Below the pieces are notes generated by a model. It searched no databases. It had not been told where the DNA came from and saw only the letters and a program-made list of their open reading frames with translations. 64,000 bases of DNA from the human T2T-CHM13v2.0 reference genome, Homo sapiens, in NCBI RefSeq assembly GCF_009914755.1, contig NC_060945.1, one strand, 5' to 3'. Shown here in pieces: positions 27,005 through 40,570 of the stretch. The position numbers and the translations under genes are program-made. Positions within the stretch are counted from its first letter, which is position 1; every line of letters starts with the position of its first letter.

Positions 27005-27560
27005 ACATTCATTTTTCATCAATATTTATTAAGTTTTTTCTGTGCTAGGCAATATGGATACAACGGTAGAAAAACCAACACAGATCCTGTTTTCAGGGAA
27101 CATACGGTCATCTAGAGTCACAAATATGATCAGCCAATCAGCCAAGCATATATTAATAATTATGAATTGTGATAAGCACATTTAAAGAAGCTATGGGAGT
27201 ATATGGCAATAATATATGATTTAGTCTGAGGGGTCAAAAAAGGCTTTGATGAGAAGGTGACTTTTTAGTCGAGATCGGAAAAATGATTAAGAATTAAATA
27301 AAGTGAGAAGTTTGAAGAGAGTTGTAGTTATGGGGAGAAAAGAGCATGAACACAGACCTGAGGTGGGAGGAAGAATGGATGTTGAAAGAACTGACAGACC
27401 AGCAGTGTGGCTGAATGGAGATGAAGAAAAGAAGGACAGAGACTGGCACAGATGAGACTGGAGAAGTGGGCAGGAGAGAGATCATGGGGACAGTAAGTAT
27501 TGTAGGCAGTTAAGGGCCATTGGTATATTTTAAGTCTAGGTAATAGGATCAAATTTGCTG
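27005..27560 (-). mobile_element. L2 3' end
   Basis: atatttatt...tgtgctaggc, purine-rich body. Confidence 0.7.
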
Positions 27561-28029
27561 TACTGTTGCTCCTGCAATGTGCTGAATGTGAAACCTAGCC
27601 AAATGCAAAGTTTTATTAGAGACTTGGAACCTCCCTCAGGTATGTCAGTGATGGGAAAGGGAGTGAGCTAATGACATCTGACTTCTTGATCCTACCTCAT
27701 CCTGGTACACAGATGAATAAGCTGGTGGAAACCTATTTTGAAATATATGCTTGATGTACACACTTAGGGCAACACAGAGTTTGCCATGATTACAGAGTTA
27801 TTGGAATAGAATTGTTTAATTATGCCATCACCAATTGCAAGTGAAATGTACAATCTTAGGATCTTGCCACAAAAGTCTTTTCAATTTCAAATAATAATTT
27901 TAAATAATTTTCTCTTTGCTATATAAACTGAGACTTTGTGAGCATGTATTTTAATACACTTATTTTATTGATGTATAGAATTCAAGTGTTAGATTCTACT
28001 ACGACCCTCAAGGTCTTCTATGATTTTGC

Positions 28030-28190
28030 TACTTGAAATACGGTCCAGGTACCAGTAGCATCAGCAGCAACTAGGAGCTTATTAGAAAGTTGAAATCTCA
28101 GTTCCCAACCAAACTAACTGAATTAGAATCTGCATTTCTAAAAGATCTGTAGGTGATTTGTTTGCACGTTAAAGCTTGAGAGGAATTGCC
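28030..28190. mobile_element. MER5A DNA transposon
   Basis: accagtagcatcagc...tagaatctgcattt...ggtgatttgtttgcac. Confidence 0.8.
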
Positions 28191-28239
28191 CTACAACTTT
28201 ATTCTATTTATTTAGAACAGGAACTTGATCCTATTTATA

Positions 28240-28528
28240 TAGGAATCTCTATTTGAATAATTGAAAAGGTTTAGTTTAATGTCATTTTTGTTCAATTTCG
28301 TTAAACATAATATCTTTGTGTTGTGAAGTATGCAGCTATTTAATACTGAGTTGTAAGAGTCAAATTGGAAGAGTTTGGTAAATCAACATTTTTAAAAATT
28401 TTCTATTTCTCAAACATGTCTTCTCCCATCCCTTCGATGGGTGCATATTTATACGTTCTTATTTAAAATACACAGTGTGGTAAACACCAACATACATGTA
28501 GTGTCTTCCTGGAAGAAGAAGGTTATTT
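28240..28528 (-). pseudogene. Exon remnant, R2 CNBD
   Basis: Single frame: NLLLPGRHYMYVGVYHTVYFK*...ILCLTKLNKNDIKLNLFNYS, matching CNBD PG+++..G....+YF and L.K.D+......YP. Confidence 0.65.
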
Positions 28529-28787
28529 CTAGACTCATTCATTGAACAGTGTATTTATGATGGAAATGAAAAATGTTGTCATAAATGCAGCAAGAGGATT
28601 TGGCATGAGAGAACTATTTTTCATTAATCTTAGGGACAAATGACTGTTTTTTAAAGAAAGTTTGTTAAACTTTTTTTAATTTGCCAAAAGAAAGTTCCAG
28701 AGCTTAGGCTGGAGCAGATTTTGAGTGAACAAAATTAATATATTTCACGTCATAAAATTTTTGAAAATGGATTTGCTGTTTGGGTCC

Positions 28788-29295
28788 TTGCATTAGTGTT
28801 CTATTTGCTGCTATAGAAAATTATTATAACTTACTGACTCCAAGCAACACAAGTTTATTATTTTATAGTCTGGAAGTTAGCAGTCCAACATGGGTCTCAG
28901 CAGACTAAAATCAAGATGTCGGGAAGGCTGTGTTGCTTTCTGGAGTCTCTAAGGGAGAATCCATTTTCTGGCCTTTTCCAGCTTCTAGAGGCCACCAACA
29001 TTCTTTACCTTGTGGCCCTTTCCACTTTCAAAGCCAGCAACGACAGGTTCAATCTTTCTCACATTGCATCACACTGACATGGACACTGCTGACTCCCTCT
29101 TTACTTTTAAAGACCCTTGAGATTTTATTAGATTATTGGATCAATAATCCAGAATAATATCCCTAGTTTAAGGTCAGCTGATTAGCTACCTTAATTCCGT
29201 TTGCGACCTTATTTCCCCTTTGACATACACCATATTCATAGGTTCTGAGGATTTGAGCATGGACATCTTTAGGGGCCATTATTCTGCCTACCACA
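28788..29295 (-). mobile_element. MLT1D LTR
   Basis: ggccattattctgcctaccaca terminus. Confidence 0.85.
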
Positions 29296-29789
29296 ATCCC
29301 TGCAGGAAGGGGTGGGTGCCATGGAATGTGGGGAAGGGAGAGAAATAATTCTCATGAGTGATAAGGAGAAGGAAGCTCCTGCAAATGGTGGCAGGCTGTG
29401 TTCTCAGGAGAAAGACACCAGTGAGAGTTTCTCTATAGTAGGGGTTGTCAATGAGACTACAAACTGATTTTTATCATGGTTTTTAACATACCACTTTAGG
29501 GTGATCCCTGTTCTGCACATTTCTGTAGTTCTCCATGAAGCCCTAACATCTAGTAAAAAAATCTGTTATTTAGGGTGACTTTTTGGAAAGAAGGAAGAAG
29601 ATGGGAGAGCTATGTTTGTCAAGCCTGGATGAAAGCCAAGCTCAGAGAGAACAAAGCTGCAGAGTGAAGATGATTAGAAGGGATTGTAAATCAAGTCAGG
29701 AGCAGAAATTCACAGCGAGAGAGAGTGGAAGGGAGCTCACGCCATTCCCATGCCCCACCACTCATAGGAGTTCAGAGGAGTTTGACATT

Positions 29790-30600
29790 ACATTTCAACT
29801 AAGCAAAAGTGATTCAACAGATACAGATGGAGTTCCTCATATGGTTTGGGCTCTGAGATACAAAGGCAAATAAAATATGTTACTACCTTCAAAGTGTTTG
29901 CAGTCTAAAGGAGACTGAGAAGTCAATGCCTATTATAGGACAAAGTCTGCATGCAGCAATGCACAAGGAGCTTCTGGGAGCATGAGGAGAATCTTCCAAA
30001 GTGGATTGTGCATGCCACCAAGGAAGGCTTTCCAGAGATGAGGTTTCAGTTCTGTATGGAAGGATGACTCTGGTGCATCAGTGATCTTTTTCCCTGTTTG
30101 AGTCTAATCGTTCCCTCTCTTCTTCCCCTTTCTTTTCTGTATTCAAACAAGCTCTCTAAGGTTCCCCATTTTTAGTAGTTTTGTAATCCCCCTCCCAGCT
30201 CCACATGTCCATTCTGTGGCTGCCTCCTCTCTGTTTCTTTTCCTGCCAAACTTCTTGAAAGGACTACCTACACTTGATTTTTCTACATTCTTATATCTTG
30301 TTTACCTCTATTCCTTAACTGTCTGGGTTCCAAATGCTGTCTGCAAACCTGCCTAAGACTGCTCTCTCCAGAGATACCAACAATTTCTTTGCTGAAACAA
30401 AAGAAGCATTTTTCAGTCCTTCATATTGTGAACTGTCTGGCACATCTGACACCACTACTAACTTCCTTCTGGAAATACTCTTCCTTTCTCTTCTAGGATA
30501 ACAAGATTCTGATCTCCTCCCACCTTTCTGGCCAAGCCTGAATCTCTTTATCAGCTGCCTTCTCCTCCAACCCTCCAATAAGAATCAATTATCTAATGTA
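29790..30600. mobile_element. L2 fragments
   Basis: Degenerate L2 pieces in opposite orientations. Confidence 0.5.
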
Positions 30601-30614
30601 TGTTCACATACTTT

Positions 30615-30975
30615 TGCTACAGCCTGAATGTTTGTTCCACCCAAAATTCATACGTTGACACTTAGGTCCCAGTGTGATGATATAAGGAGATAAGGCTCTT
30701 GGGAGATGATTACATCATGAGAACTTCATCCTCATGAACCAGATTAGTACCCATACAAAAGAGGCTCGAGAAAAATTGCTCACCCCTCTGTCATGTGAAG
30801 ATGCAGTGAGAAGGCCCCATCTATGAAGCAGAGTGAGCTCTCACCAGACACCAAATCTGCTGGTGCCTTGATCTTGGATTTCCCAGTCTCCAGAACTGTG
30901 AGTCATAAATTTCAGTTGTTTATAAATTACTCAGTCTGTGGTATTTTCTTAGAGCAGCTCTAATGAACTAAGTCA
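30615..30975 (+). mobile_element. MLT1A LTR
   Basis: caccagacaccaaatctgctggtgccttgatcttgga. Confidence 0.85.
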
Positions 30976-31622
30976 TTTTTTTATTTGAAAATTTATTCAA
31001 TGAAATGGATACTTTATTTTTAAAAAATTGAAATGTGTCTTCTCATTCACTCTAATGGGATTCAACCTATACAAGTTTGCTTCAAATATACACGTATTAC
31101 TTCTGAGGGCTGCCATTGCCATTACAAAAAGAAAAAAAAAAGAAGTCTACAGAGATAATAAATAGCTTTGCTATAAGGAATAGAGTATAAGAAAATATGA
31201 TGGCTTATGCTTATTCCCAACTACATTTTCTTTCGGACATTTCTGCTGTTTTATGAAAGCAAATATGCCAACTTTATTTGAAGTTTTGTTCAACAAAAGT
31301 GTTGCAACAGAACAATGTAGAGAGGAAAGGGTAGAAAATAATTGTGGTTATGAAGTTCACTTTAAAGGACTTAAAAATGGCATAAAAATAATCAAAAGTA
31401 ATGAGCTAACAATATTTAAACACAACTCCCATATTATGGGTTGTTTTCTTTTTAGTTAGTGGCAGCTTTTCAGAAGAAAAATATTAAGTTTTCAACATCA
31501 AATAAACTACCATCCCTACTTCCACTCAAATTACTGAGACTGACTTTTTTTCTAAATAGAAAACACCCTATTTAAAAAGTCAGTAGTATTTTTCTGGTAT
31601 TCAGAAATATTTCATTACTCAC

Positions 31623-32133
31623 AAGTCTCTACCACAGCCCTCTGCCCACACAAAGAGTGACTTTGAAATAATAACTCATTTTCTCGAGAAAAATAAGGTG
31701 CTTATGCCGAGCTAGCCATAACAAATATCTAAAAATTGAATAGATTTCATCTTCAGTCTTGAACTCCTGACCTCAGGTGATCCACCCGCCTCATTGTAGG
31801 AACAGATGTTAGATCACAACAGGTAGAAAAGTGCATAAGAACTAAAGGCAAAGAATGTGGCTTTCAAGAAACTTAGTATGAAAAGAAAAGGGCTAAAAAA
31901 AATTTTTCCTTTTTGATGTTTATATAAAAACCACACTCAGAAAATAAAGGACTACTAGTCCATCTACAACAACAACAACAACAAAAAAGATTTCATCTTC
32001 AGGACCATTCGTACTCCAGAGTGCTTCACACAAGAATACAGGAGTGACCCTGGGGTTGGGCAATGCAACAGTGCTCTGATGGTTATAGAGTTATTCCACA
32101 TATACTATAAAAACTTCACTCGTAAACTCATCT
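31623..32133 (-). pseudogene. Exon remnant, R2 C-linker, interrupted by a retro-insertion
   Basis: RDEFTSEVF..PRVTPVFLCEALWSTNGPEDEI; removing the insert and one TSD continues in frame YSIFRYLLWLARHKHLIFLEKMSYYFKVTLCVGRGLW*RL to donor |gtgagt. Confidence 0.65.
31757..31987 (+). mobile_element. Orphan L1-mediated retro-insertion
   Basis: 15-bp TSD agatttcatcttcag (31742-31756, 31988-32002), AATAAA at 31943, (ACA)n/A tail, short antisense Alu piece at the 5' end. Confidence 0.85.
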
Positions 32134-32464
32134 CTTATCATTTGACATTATAGTCAAAATGGTATATTAGTACCATTAGTAATATTAAGTACACCTTGAC
32201 TTAAAGTCTACAGAAATGTAGCAATCACACTAAAGATGAATGGTACTCCAACTGCTGTTTTCTCTCCAAAATGTGTCAGGTAGTTACATTTATTTTGTAA
32301 AAGTCATCATCTGTTAAATGTCCAGATAAACTCAATACTTTATGAAAACATTGGCTAACTCTTTTGGAATTTGATTAGTTATACCCTAACATATTTTGTA
32401 AGTATGAATTCTTTTTATGTCTGACTCAAACAAGACTTCTCTTTTACGCTAGTGTCAAATTTTA

Positions 32465-32543
32465 TTAGGTTGGTTCAAAAGCAATTGCGGTAATGAAATT
32501 GAAAGTGATGGCAAAAACCACAATTACTTTTGCAACAACCTAA
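32465..32543. mobile_element. MADE1 (mariner MITE)
   Basis: ttaggttgg...caacctaa terminal inverted repeats. Confidence 0.88.
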
Positions 32544-32809
32544 CAGCTGAGGGCTTGATTTTGGGCTCAACTTGCAATGTGAAAACTTGCATATAGTCAA
32601 CATTGTCTTTGAAAATCCCCTACATTGCTTGTAAAATATAGTCCGTGGTATTTCTACACCATATTTTAATATAATCTACCATTTCTAAGAGTCCAATACA
32701 GCCAGTCTTTCACTCAGCCTTGCACTAGGTTTTGTTTCTTCTGGAACAGATAATATACTTCGCTTAAGTTTCGGATGGGGAAGGTGCTTACACCATGAGA
32801 GGCCCATAA

Positions 32810-33298
<489 letters not shown>

Positions 33299-33304
33299 TA
33301 GAGT

Positions 33305-33530
33305 AGCAGTTCTCAATGTGGGTCGAGGGTCTAGGACATGGTTTTGCCTCTGAGGAGACGTTTGTCTAGGGACATTTTTGATACTTGTGACTGGGGGAAG
33401 GGGTGTCAATCTTATCTAAAGGATAGAGGCCAGGATGCTGCCAAATACCTTATAATATAGAAGACACTCCCCACAACAGAGTATTGTCCAGCTCAAAATA
33501 TCACCAGTGCCAAGGCTGAGAAACCTTCAT
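33305..33530. mobile_element. MER20 DNA transposon
   Basis: cagttctcaa...gaggccaggatgctgccaaa...gtgccaaggctgagaaacc. Confidence 0.85.
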
Positions 33531-33849
33531 CTAGGGTGGCAGAGTTACCATGAAATTTCATGCTCATTGAACTTGGATGAGGTACTGACTAGTACTATAT
33601 TATCAAGTATCTAACTCTATTTCTCGTCTCCTTAATTTTTTTCTCATATAGATGTTCCACTTTGAGCAGTAGTAAAGATTTTCTTTCCCATTATCTCTAT
33701 TCTTATTCATGATCGGAATGAGTCCTGTGAGGTCACCAGGGCCTCTAAGTTGTTAAAGGGTACACTTGGGAGGGGAGAGGCTACAAAATATGAAAAGAAA
33801 CTTGTTATTACTTTGGAGGTGGCCATTTGCCCATTCAGACAGGTAAGAG

Positions 33850-34215
33850 AGTCTGGGTATGGTGGCTCATGCCTGTAATTTCAACATTTGGGAGGCCAAG
33901 GCAGGAGAATTGCTTGAGCTCAGGAGTTCAAGAAAGACCAGCCTGGGCAACATAGCAATACTCTGTTTCTACAAAAAAATTAAAAATTATCCAGACGTGG
34001 TGGTGTGCAGCTGTAGTCAGGGCTACTTCGGAGGCTGAAGTGGGAAGATCACTTGAACCTGGGAGGTCAAGGCTGCAGAGAGCCATCATCATGCCACTTC
34101 ACTTCAGCCTGGGAAACAGAGTGAGACCTTGAAGAAGAAAGAAAGAAAGGAAAGGAAGAAGAAAGAAAGAAAGGAAGGAAGGAAGAAAGGAAGGAAGGAA
34201 GAAAGAAAGCAAGAA
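33850..34215 (+). mobile_element. AluJ with (GAAA/GGAA)n tail
   Basis: Alu consensus. Confidence 0.9.
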
Positions 34216-34652
34216 ACCACAACTGGAAGCCTTAGGAGGTTGGCATGTAGTGGATATTTCTTTTCCATTCCCTAAACTGTAAGTGTTTAAAATAACTATT
34301 TTCTTTATTTTTTGTAGTTTACTTTGAATGGCCTTTATACAGAAAAAAAGAATCAAATTTTGTTCTTAAAAATTATTTTTGTTAGAGACAAATGTTAGAG
34401 ACAAAAACATGCCTCCAAAACTAGGCATGTTTATAGAGATCATGAAACTTCAGAAAATTCTAAAACCATGACTCGTGACAAATAATTATACTTAGGGGAA
34501 AAATCTGAGAAAGCAGCAACTTCAGCACCCTTACCAATGAAGTATTAAAAACAAATGGGGAAATAAAAAGATATTGTTGGGATTTTAAATATGGCTTAAA
34601 ATTTAATAGTGCTAGAATTTATTTTAAAAGTCTAAAATCTTTTAATACTCAC

Positions 34653-34812
34653 ACTGACTAGTAAAACTGCTTGTAACATTCGCCATCAAAACAGAAATTT
34701 GTTGAGGCAAAAGGAGAGAGATCACAATGCAAAGCATCGCAATAATTCAGAATACTATGGTAGCACATTTCAACATTCCATCTCATCTGAGATCTATCTA
34801 TATGCTTTCCTT
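34653..34812 (-). pseudogene. Exon remnant, R2 S6
   Basis: Acceptor tattgtag|, donor |gtgagt; ATIVF*IIAMLCIVISLLLPQQISVLMANVTSS. Confidence 0.55.
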
Positions 34813-34949
34813 CTACAATACATAGGAGTGTATAATAAATATGCAATGATTATCACATGCCTTTCCTACATAAGATTTTGAAACCTCTCAGTTGTTCCCT
34901 GATGAGCCAGACTGTAAGACTATATGTTCTCATCAGTTACTACCTAGTC

Positions 34950-35100
34950 CCACCCCCAACACCCCCATCTCCACCACCACTACCATCAACACCACCATCA
35001 CCATTACACCATCACCCCCATCATCTCCTCCATCAGTCGATGCATGGACACCACCTCCACTACTATCGTGACTATCACCACTGCCACCATCACATCACTG
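34950..35100. repeat. Degenerate (CAC/CAT)n low-complexity tract
   Basis: Direct observation. Confidence 0.85.
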
Positions 35101-35195
35101 CTCTGAAACAATTTCTCTGGATTCAAACGGTCCCGAAATCTAAGATAATTCTAGATAGGGGTTTGAATTAACTATTGATCAAGTCAAGGACTTAC

Positions 35196-35235
35196 CGTGA
35201 AATATAACAGACATATCAGATATTCAAACTGAATT
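35196..35235 (-). pseudogene. 40-nt exon remnant, R2 pore helix
   Basis: Acceptor attttag|, consensus donor acg|gtaagt; IQFEYLICLLYFT (cf. Y+.SLY[WF]). Confidence 0.5.
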
Positions 35236-35788
35236 CTAAAATAATGCAGAGAAATATCTATATGTTTTTGGTTTATAGTTGTTGTTCTAAGCAATAAGTC
35301 ATAAAAAGAAAGTTATGATAGATTTGATGATCTAAAACCCAACATGTTTGGCATGTCAGAAATGCAACAAATAGAATTGAAACACTAACAATGGTTTTAA
35401 AAAAGTCTTGTTTAAGTCAGTAAGGATGAATAGTGCTACTATTTATATTTATTCATATGGATAAGCCTTAGAGAGAATCCTGTTTACTCAGAAAATGATA
35501 GATTTGAGATGCTTGTAAAATATATATGAGTTATTAAGTAGATAATTGTATATTTATACAACTAAAAAGGCATTCAAATAATTTTTTGCTATTAAACTCT
35601 TACTTTGAATGTGCCATGAAAATGTTTATTTTATATTTCTGAAAGTATGTTTCCAGCAATATCTCCTAACCCTTTTAAAAGTCAGCTCCTATCTTCTGGA
35701 TGAAGTAAATGATGCCAGATTCAGTTCTGTTCTCCTTCTCTTTTTGGAAGCATTATAATATTAATGACTTAATTGTCATACATATTTA

Positions 35789-36576
35789 TGTTTTAGAACC
35801 TAACTGGGGTCTGCTCTCCCATCGGAGCAAAGCCAGTCACTGACATTGGGATAGCAATGAGAGAATGTGAGTCATTTATTGCAGGACACCAAGCAAGGAG
35901 TTAAGGCTGCTCATGCTTAGGACTTGAACTCCTCAATGGCTTGCAGATAAGAGATTTTAGAGATAGGGGTACATTTCAGGAGAGCAGAGGTTACAGGCAA
36001 AATTGTAAATCAATTCATGAAAGTTACACATTGGTTTAGGCTAAAAATCTGAACAGACGTTTCTTGAAGTGAGGAGTTTACAGGTTGTAGATTGATTCAA
36101 AGGTTTTCAGATTTGCAACTGATTCAGGAGGTGAGGTTTTGTCTAAAAATTTGAGATCAGCAGAAAAGAATGTTAGCTCTAGCTCCTGGGTAGGACCTTC
36201 TTCAGGCCCCTCAGGAAGAAATTTAGAACAAAGAACAGAGGTCGGAGTTCAGTCCTCACCTCCCCCTTTTCTGAGGCCTAAATGCCAGTAGATCCATCTG
36301 GTGGGTTCCTGGTCGGATGCCAGTTTCTGAAAGACAACTCAGGCACATCTGTTAAGATGTCATCTTTAGTTTCCATGGAAAAAGCAAACATCTTCAGAGC
36401 TCTAACTTCTTTGATTATTGTCTTAAGCTACTATTATCTTCCTGTTTAAAAAACTATTTATTTACTTTTCTGCTAGCTAGATTCCTGGAATTTCCCTTGA
36501 AGAAACCAAGCATTTTCCTTTATGTCTATGCTTGGGGGTCCATAGTTCCCTAAAAAGAGGGTCCCTGCTCGTCTTA
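35789..36576 (-). mobile_element. ERV1 (MER4-group-like) solo LTR
   Basis: tttattgcaggacaccaagcaaggag motif, ~790 bp; subfamily uncertain. Confidence 0.6.
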
Positions 36577-36635
36577 CCTATGTAATAAAAGAAAAAAGTC
36601 CACACATGTCAGAAACGGGTTTGGCAATAACTCTC

Positions 36636-36714
36636 TTAGGTTGGTGCAAAAGTAATTGCAGTTTTTGCCATTAAAAGTAATGGGAAAACTGCAATTACTT
36701 TTGGACCAACCTAA
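36636..36714. mobile_element. MADE1
   Basis: ttaggttggtgcaaaagtaattgca...gcaattacttttggaccaacctaa. Confidence 0.93.
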
Positions 36715-37105
36715 TATTCATTTTTAATCCAGTCGGCGGGTTGTGAACTAAAAAGAAAGACAGCAGTTTGAGCTCACAACCTGCTGATAAACGTTTTTGC
36801 AGAGGAAAGGGTAAGATAGAGAGAAAGTGATTGTTGCACTGCTCAATTGACCACAAATGTATATTGCCCCAAAGAATACATCAGAATCAAACCCACGGTG
36901 ACTTTTTTGAAATTTTACTTCGATATACCATTGACATAAACTGTAATTGGAAAGCTACCAGTTTTTCTCCCAAAACAAAGCCAAATATGAGAACAACAAA
37001 CTAACTATATTTGTGTACAGCAACTGTAGTGGTATAGCTTCTCAAATTCTTGAAGAAGGGTCTTATGTTTAATGAACAAGAAATATTTTCAAAGTTGGAA
37101 ATTAC

Positions 37106-37336
37106 TCTCATTTAAAGAGAAGGGTTCTCATTTTCCCATGAATTTTCTCATGAAACAGTATGCTTTCCTACACAAATATTGTATCTATAATATCATATGT
37201 GAATATTCATATTCATAAATGCCAAATTATTGATGACTCTTTTGCTTCATATGTGTATTATAGTTACTCCAAAATATTTTTTCATGATCCAGTATTGCCA
37301 TAAAATAAAGACTGCAGATTCTAGTTAGCAAAGATT
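37106..37336 (-). pseudogene. Exon remnant, R2 S4-S5-turret
   Basis: Acceptor gtttcag|, donor |gtaatt; LTRICSLYF / KRVINNLAFMNMNIHI*YYRYNICVG...ENSWEN (S5 His, turret SW). Confidence 0.55.
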
Positions 37337-37714
37337 CTGAAACCAATCTTCAGTCAAAGGAATATAAAACGTAGCATGATGCTAAGTTTATGGATCTAGT
37401 GTACTAAGGAGAGGAAGCAACTAGGAAAGGTTATCTACTATTTTGTGGAAGAAATAAAGACCTACAAAGGTTGCTTTTTGGGTTGTTTAATAGTCTATGC
37501 ATTGTGTGGATGTGCAATATTAATTTAGGTGGACATAAATTCTTTTTGTCCCTTTACTATTTCCTATATCCATCCCTCCCCATCACCAAAATAAGTTAGT
37601 TGGCTACTATTTAGGGCTACTATTTACTTTTACTAAGTTAAGAAGTGAGCCCATATCATCCTAGATGGTCCAGGGAACAGTTAGTGTAATACATTCACTG
37701 ATGTGTTTTTTGAG

Positions 37715-38178
37715 GGGAAAACACGAGTCCCTCAGGAAATCCTGATGCAGTTGACCTTTCTCTGGTGTCTGTTTCCTGGGGCAATGCTTGAATGTGGTTA
37801 AGCACACTTTTGCCTCATCGGCTCCTCCACTGCCACTTCCAACCACTCCTCCACTAGCTTCTAGGACTGGTCCATTTGGCATTTCAATAAATGTTCCCAA
37901 GGTTGGCTAATTTGTACCAATCATTGAGGAGTCTCTTGACCTATCTGAGGTAGCAATACTGGAAGCAGGGACAGATTCTGTTAAGTGTTGTATATCCTGT
38001 ATTGAAACTGAGGCTGATTCCATCAAAATTCAAGGGCAGATCCTCTAGAAGGTGCTGCTGTAGTTGCTGCAGCTGTTGCCTCTGGTGAAGATGGAGGAGT
38101 CCAGTACTAGCCACTTAAGGAGGTTCAACTATAGCCTTGCTTTCTATTTTTCCAGGACTTCCCATTAAAAGATATTTT
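37715..38178 (-). pseudogene. RAD23B: RAD23B processed pseudogene, 3' part (XPC-binding region, Gly-rich linker, UBA2 start)
   Basis: YLLMG, NQPQFQ, QNLSLLPVLLPQIG, GPVLEASGGVVGSGSGG, GFPEGLV. Confidence 0.92.
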
Positions 38179-39319
38179 GCAGACAAGCCACAGCCCGGGA
38201 GAAGATATATGCAAAATACACGTGTGATAAAGGACTTGCACCCATAATATACAAAGAATTCTTAAAACTCAGCAATAAAAAAATAGACAATGCAATTAAA
38301 AAGCAGGCAAAAATCTGAACAGACTCTTCACCAAAGAAGATGTGCAGCTGGCAAATAAGGATATGAAAAGGTGCTCCACATCATATGTTATTAGGAATTG
38401 CAAACTAAAACAACGAAAAACAACTACACACCTGTTAGAATGGCAAAAATCCAAAAACACTGATAAAATCAAATGTACACAAGGATCTGTCCTTCATTGC
38501 TTGTGGGAATGCAAAATGGCACCTTGAAAGACAATTTGGTGGTCTCTTACAAAGCTAAACTTCAGTCTTACCATACAATTCAGCAATAGTGCTCCTAAGT
38601 ATGTGGCCCAATAAATTGAAAACTCATGTTCACACAAAAACTTGCACATAATTACTTATAGCAGCTTTTTTTCATAATTGATGAAAATTGTAAACTGTCA
38701 AGATGTCCTTCAATAGGTGAAGAGATGAACAAACTGATATGTCAATAAAATGGAATATTATTCAGTGATAAAAAGAAACAAGGTATCAAGCCACATGGAG
38801 AACCTCAAAAGCCTATTGCTAAGTGAAAAAAACAAAAAGCCAATTTGGAAAGGCTACATGTTGAATCATCGCAAATGTATGACATTCTGGAAAAGACAAA
38901 ACTACAGAAACTGTAGAAAGATGAGTGTTTGTCAGAGGGAGGTAATTGAGGGAGGAATGAATAGATGGAGCACAGAGGACTTTTAGGGCATTAAAAGTAA
39001 ACTGTATGATATTATCATGGTGACTATATGACATTATGCATTTGTTAAAACCCACAGAACTGTACAACACCAAAAGTGAACCCTAAACTAAAGTACAGAC
39101 TTCAGTTAATATAATGGATGTATTAATATTGTTTCACAAATAGCAACAGATATACCACAACAATGCAAGATGTTAATAATGGGGGAAACTCCTGTGGTGG
39201 GTAGCAGAGGTATATGGGAACTCTCTGTACTCTGCTCAATAACTCTGTAAACCTAAAAATCTCTAAAAATTGAAGTCTGTTAGGGATGAAATAATTTTTA
39301 GATACATGGTAAAGAAAAG
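38179..39319 (+). mobile_element. L1MC-type 3' portion inserted in the RAD23B pseudogene
   Basis: ORF2 end and 3'UTR; TSD aaaagata(t/c)ttt at 38167-38178 and 39320-39331. Confidence 0.88.
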
Positions 39320-39905
39320 AAAAGATACTTTACTGCTCTGCCAGCGTTGTTGAAACTAGTTTTGAGAGCTGTAATTATTTGTTCCTGGTCATAACATGTT
39401 TACATGATCTCATTACCCTATTTTTATAAGGTCAATCTGTCATTAATGTTCTTGATGCATCTTCAAAATGTTTTCCAGAGAAAAATCTTCTAATGAGTTC
39501 TCAGTTGATATTGGGCTACTAATCACTGATGTTCTCACTGACTTTTCTGCAAGTTTCTCTTGTTTAGTTGCACTACTAGGTGCAGGTGCAGAAGATACTG
39601 TCTTTGATGCTGGAGTGATGGGTACAGCCGCACAAGTGGCAAGCAAAGCAAAGACAGAGGCTGGGACTTGAGCCACAGCTGCTGTTATAGTTGAAACAAC
39701 TGCAGCAGCAGTGGCAGGATTCGATCACTGGGTTGTAGACGGGGCTGGTGCTGCCACTGCTTTGGGATACCATCATAACCATCATAAAGCTTTCCTTATT
39801 AAGATCATATTCTTTAAAGCCAGTATCATCATTCGGGTTTTGCCTCAAGCAACTTATTTTTGTCCCACTACCTAAAATGCATTATTCACTCTCACTTCTT
39901 TTGCT
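39320..39905 (-). pseudogene. RAD23B: RAD23B processed pseudogene, 5' part (UBL end, Pro/Ala/Thr linker, UBA1)
   Basis: NDDTGFKEY, ITPASKTVSSAPAPSSATKQEKLAEK, FEDA, SFNNAGRAVKYL match RAD23B; intronless, with frameshifts and stops. Confidence 0.92.
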
Positions 39906-40028
39906 ACAAAACTACAACCAACTCCAAAGGGTCTAGTCTCCTGCATTAAGCTGAATTTTGGAACCCAGGCCCTAACTGAGCCCACAGCCCACAGTACATA
40001 CATATCCCCAGAGCCAGACTCCTACTTC

Positions 40029-40570
40029 TGTTACATCTGCCTTGGGTTCTTACAGTCTACCAGGATAGAACTCAAGAGAGATCACCAAACATAACAGCAA
40101 AGGAAAGTTTACTTCAGCTTGTGCACAAGGGAGCCAGCACCAAGAAAGAAAGAGGAATGGGCTTCTCCCAAGGGTACTGTATGGGTTAGTTTTATAGAGT
40201 CTTTCAATAGGGAAGAGTTATGTCATGGCAGGTGTAGCAAGGGTTTTCCTAGTGGTTTCACAGTGGCTCAACATGCTTCTTCAGATGTTATATGTAGCAT
40301 TAACAATTTAAATCTCTGTCACTTGGTGTGAATTTTAGCATTAAAATGAGGAAGAGATAAATTCAGTTTGGAGTTTAAGTCTTACCAAGTATACAAGGAT
40401 CCAGGAAGTCCCTCATCCCCTGAGATGGAAGACTGTGGTTAATAGCTTCTTGGGTCTTTCATTACTGATTGACTGAGAGTTTAGGTAAGCTAGAGCTGGA
40501 GTGAGGGGCTTTTGCCCTTTTTCTCTAGACCATCTTAAAATAGGGAATCAACCAACCTGCCTGTCTCACC
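40029..40570 (-). mobile_element. ERV1-type LTR, subfamily uncertain
   Basis: tgttac...gggttctt start; LTR-like composition. Confidence 0.45.

Noticed and set aside
34857-35171. 104-aa Pro/His-rich ORF
   Set aside because: Product of a (CAC/CAT)n low-complexity tract.
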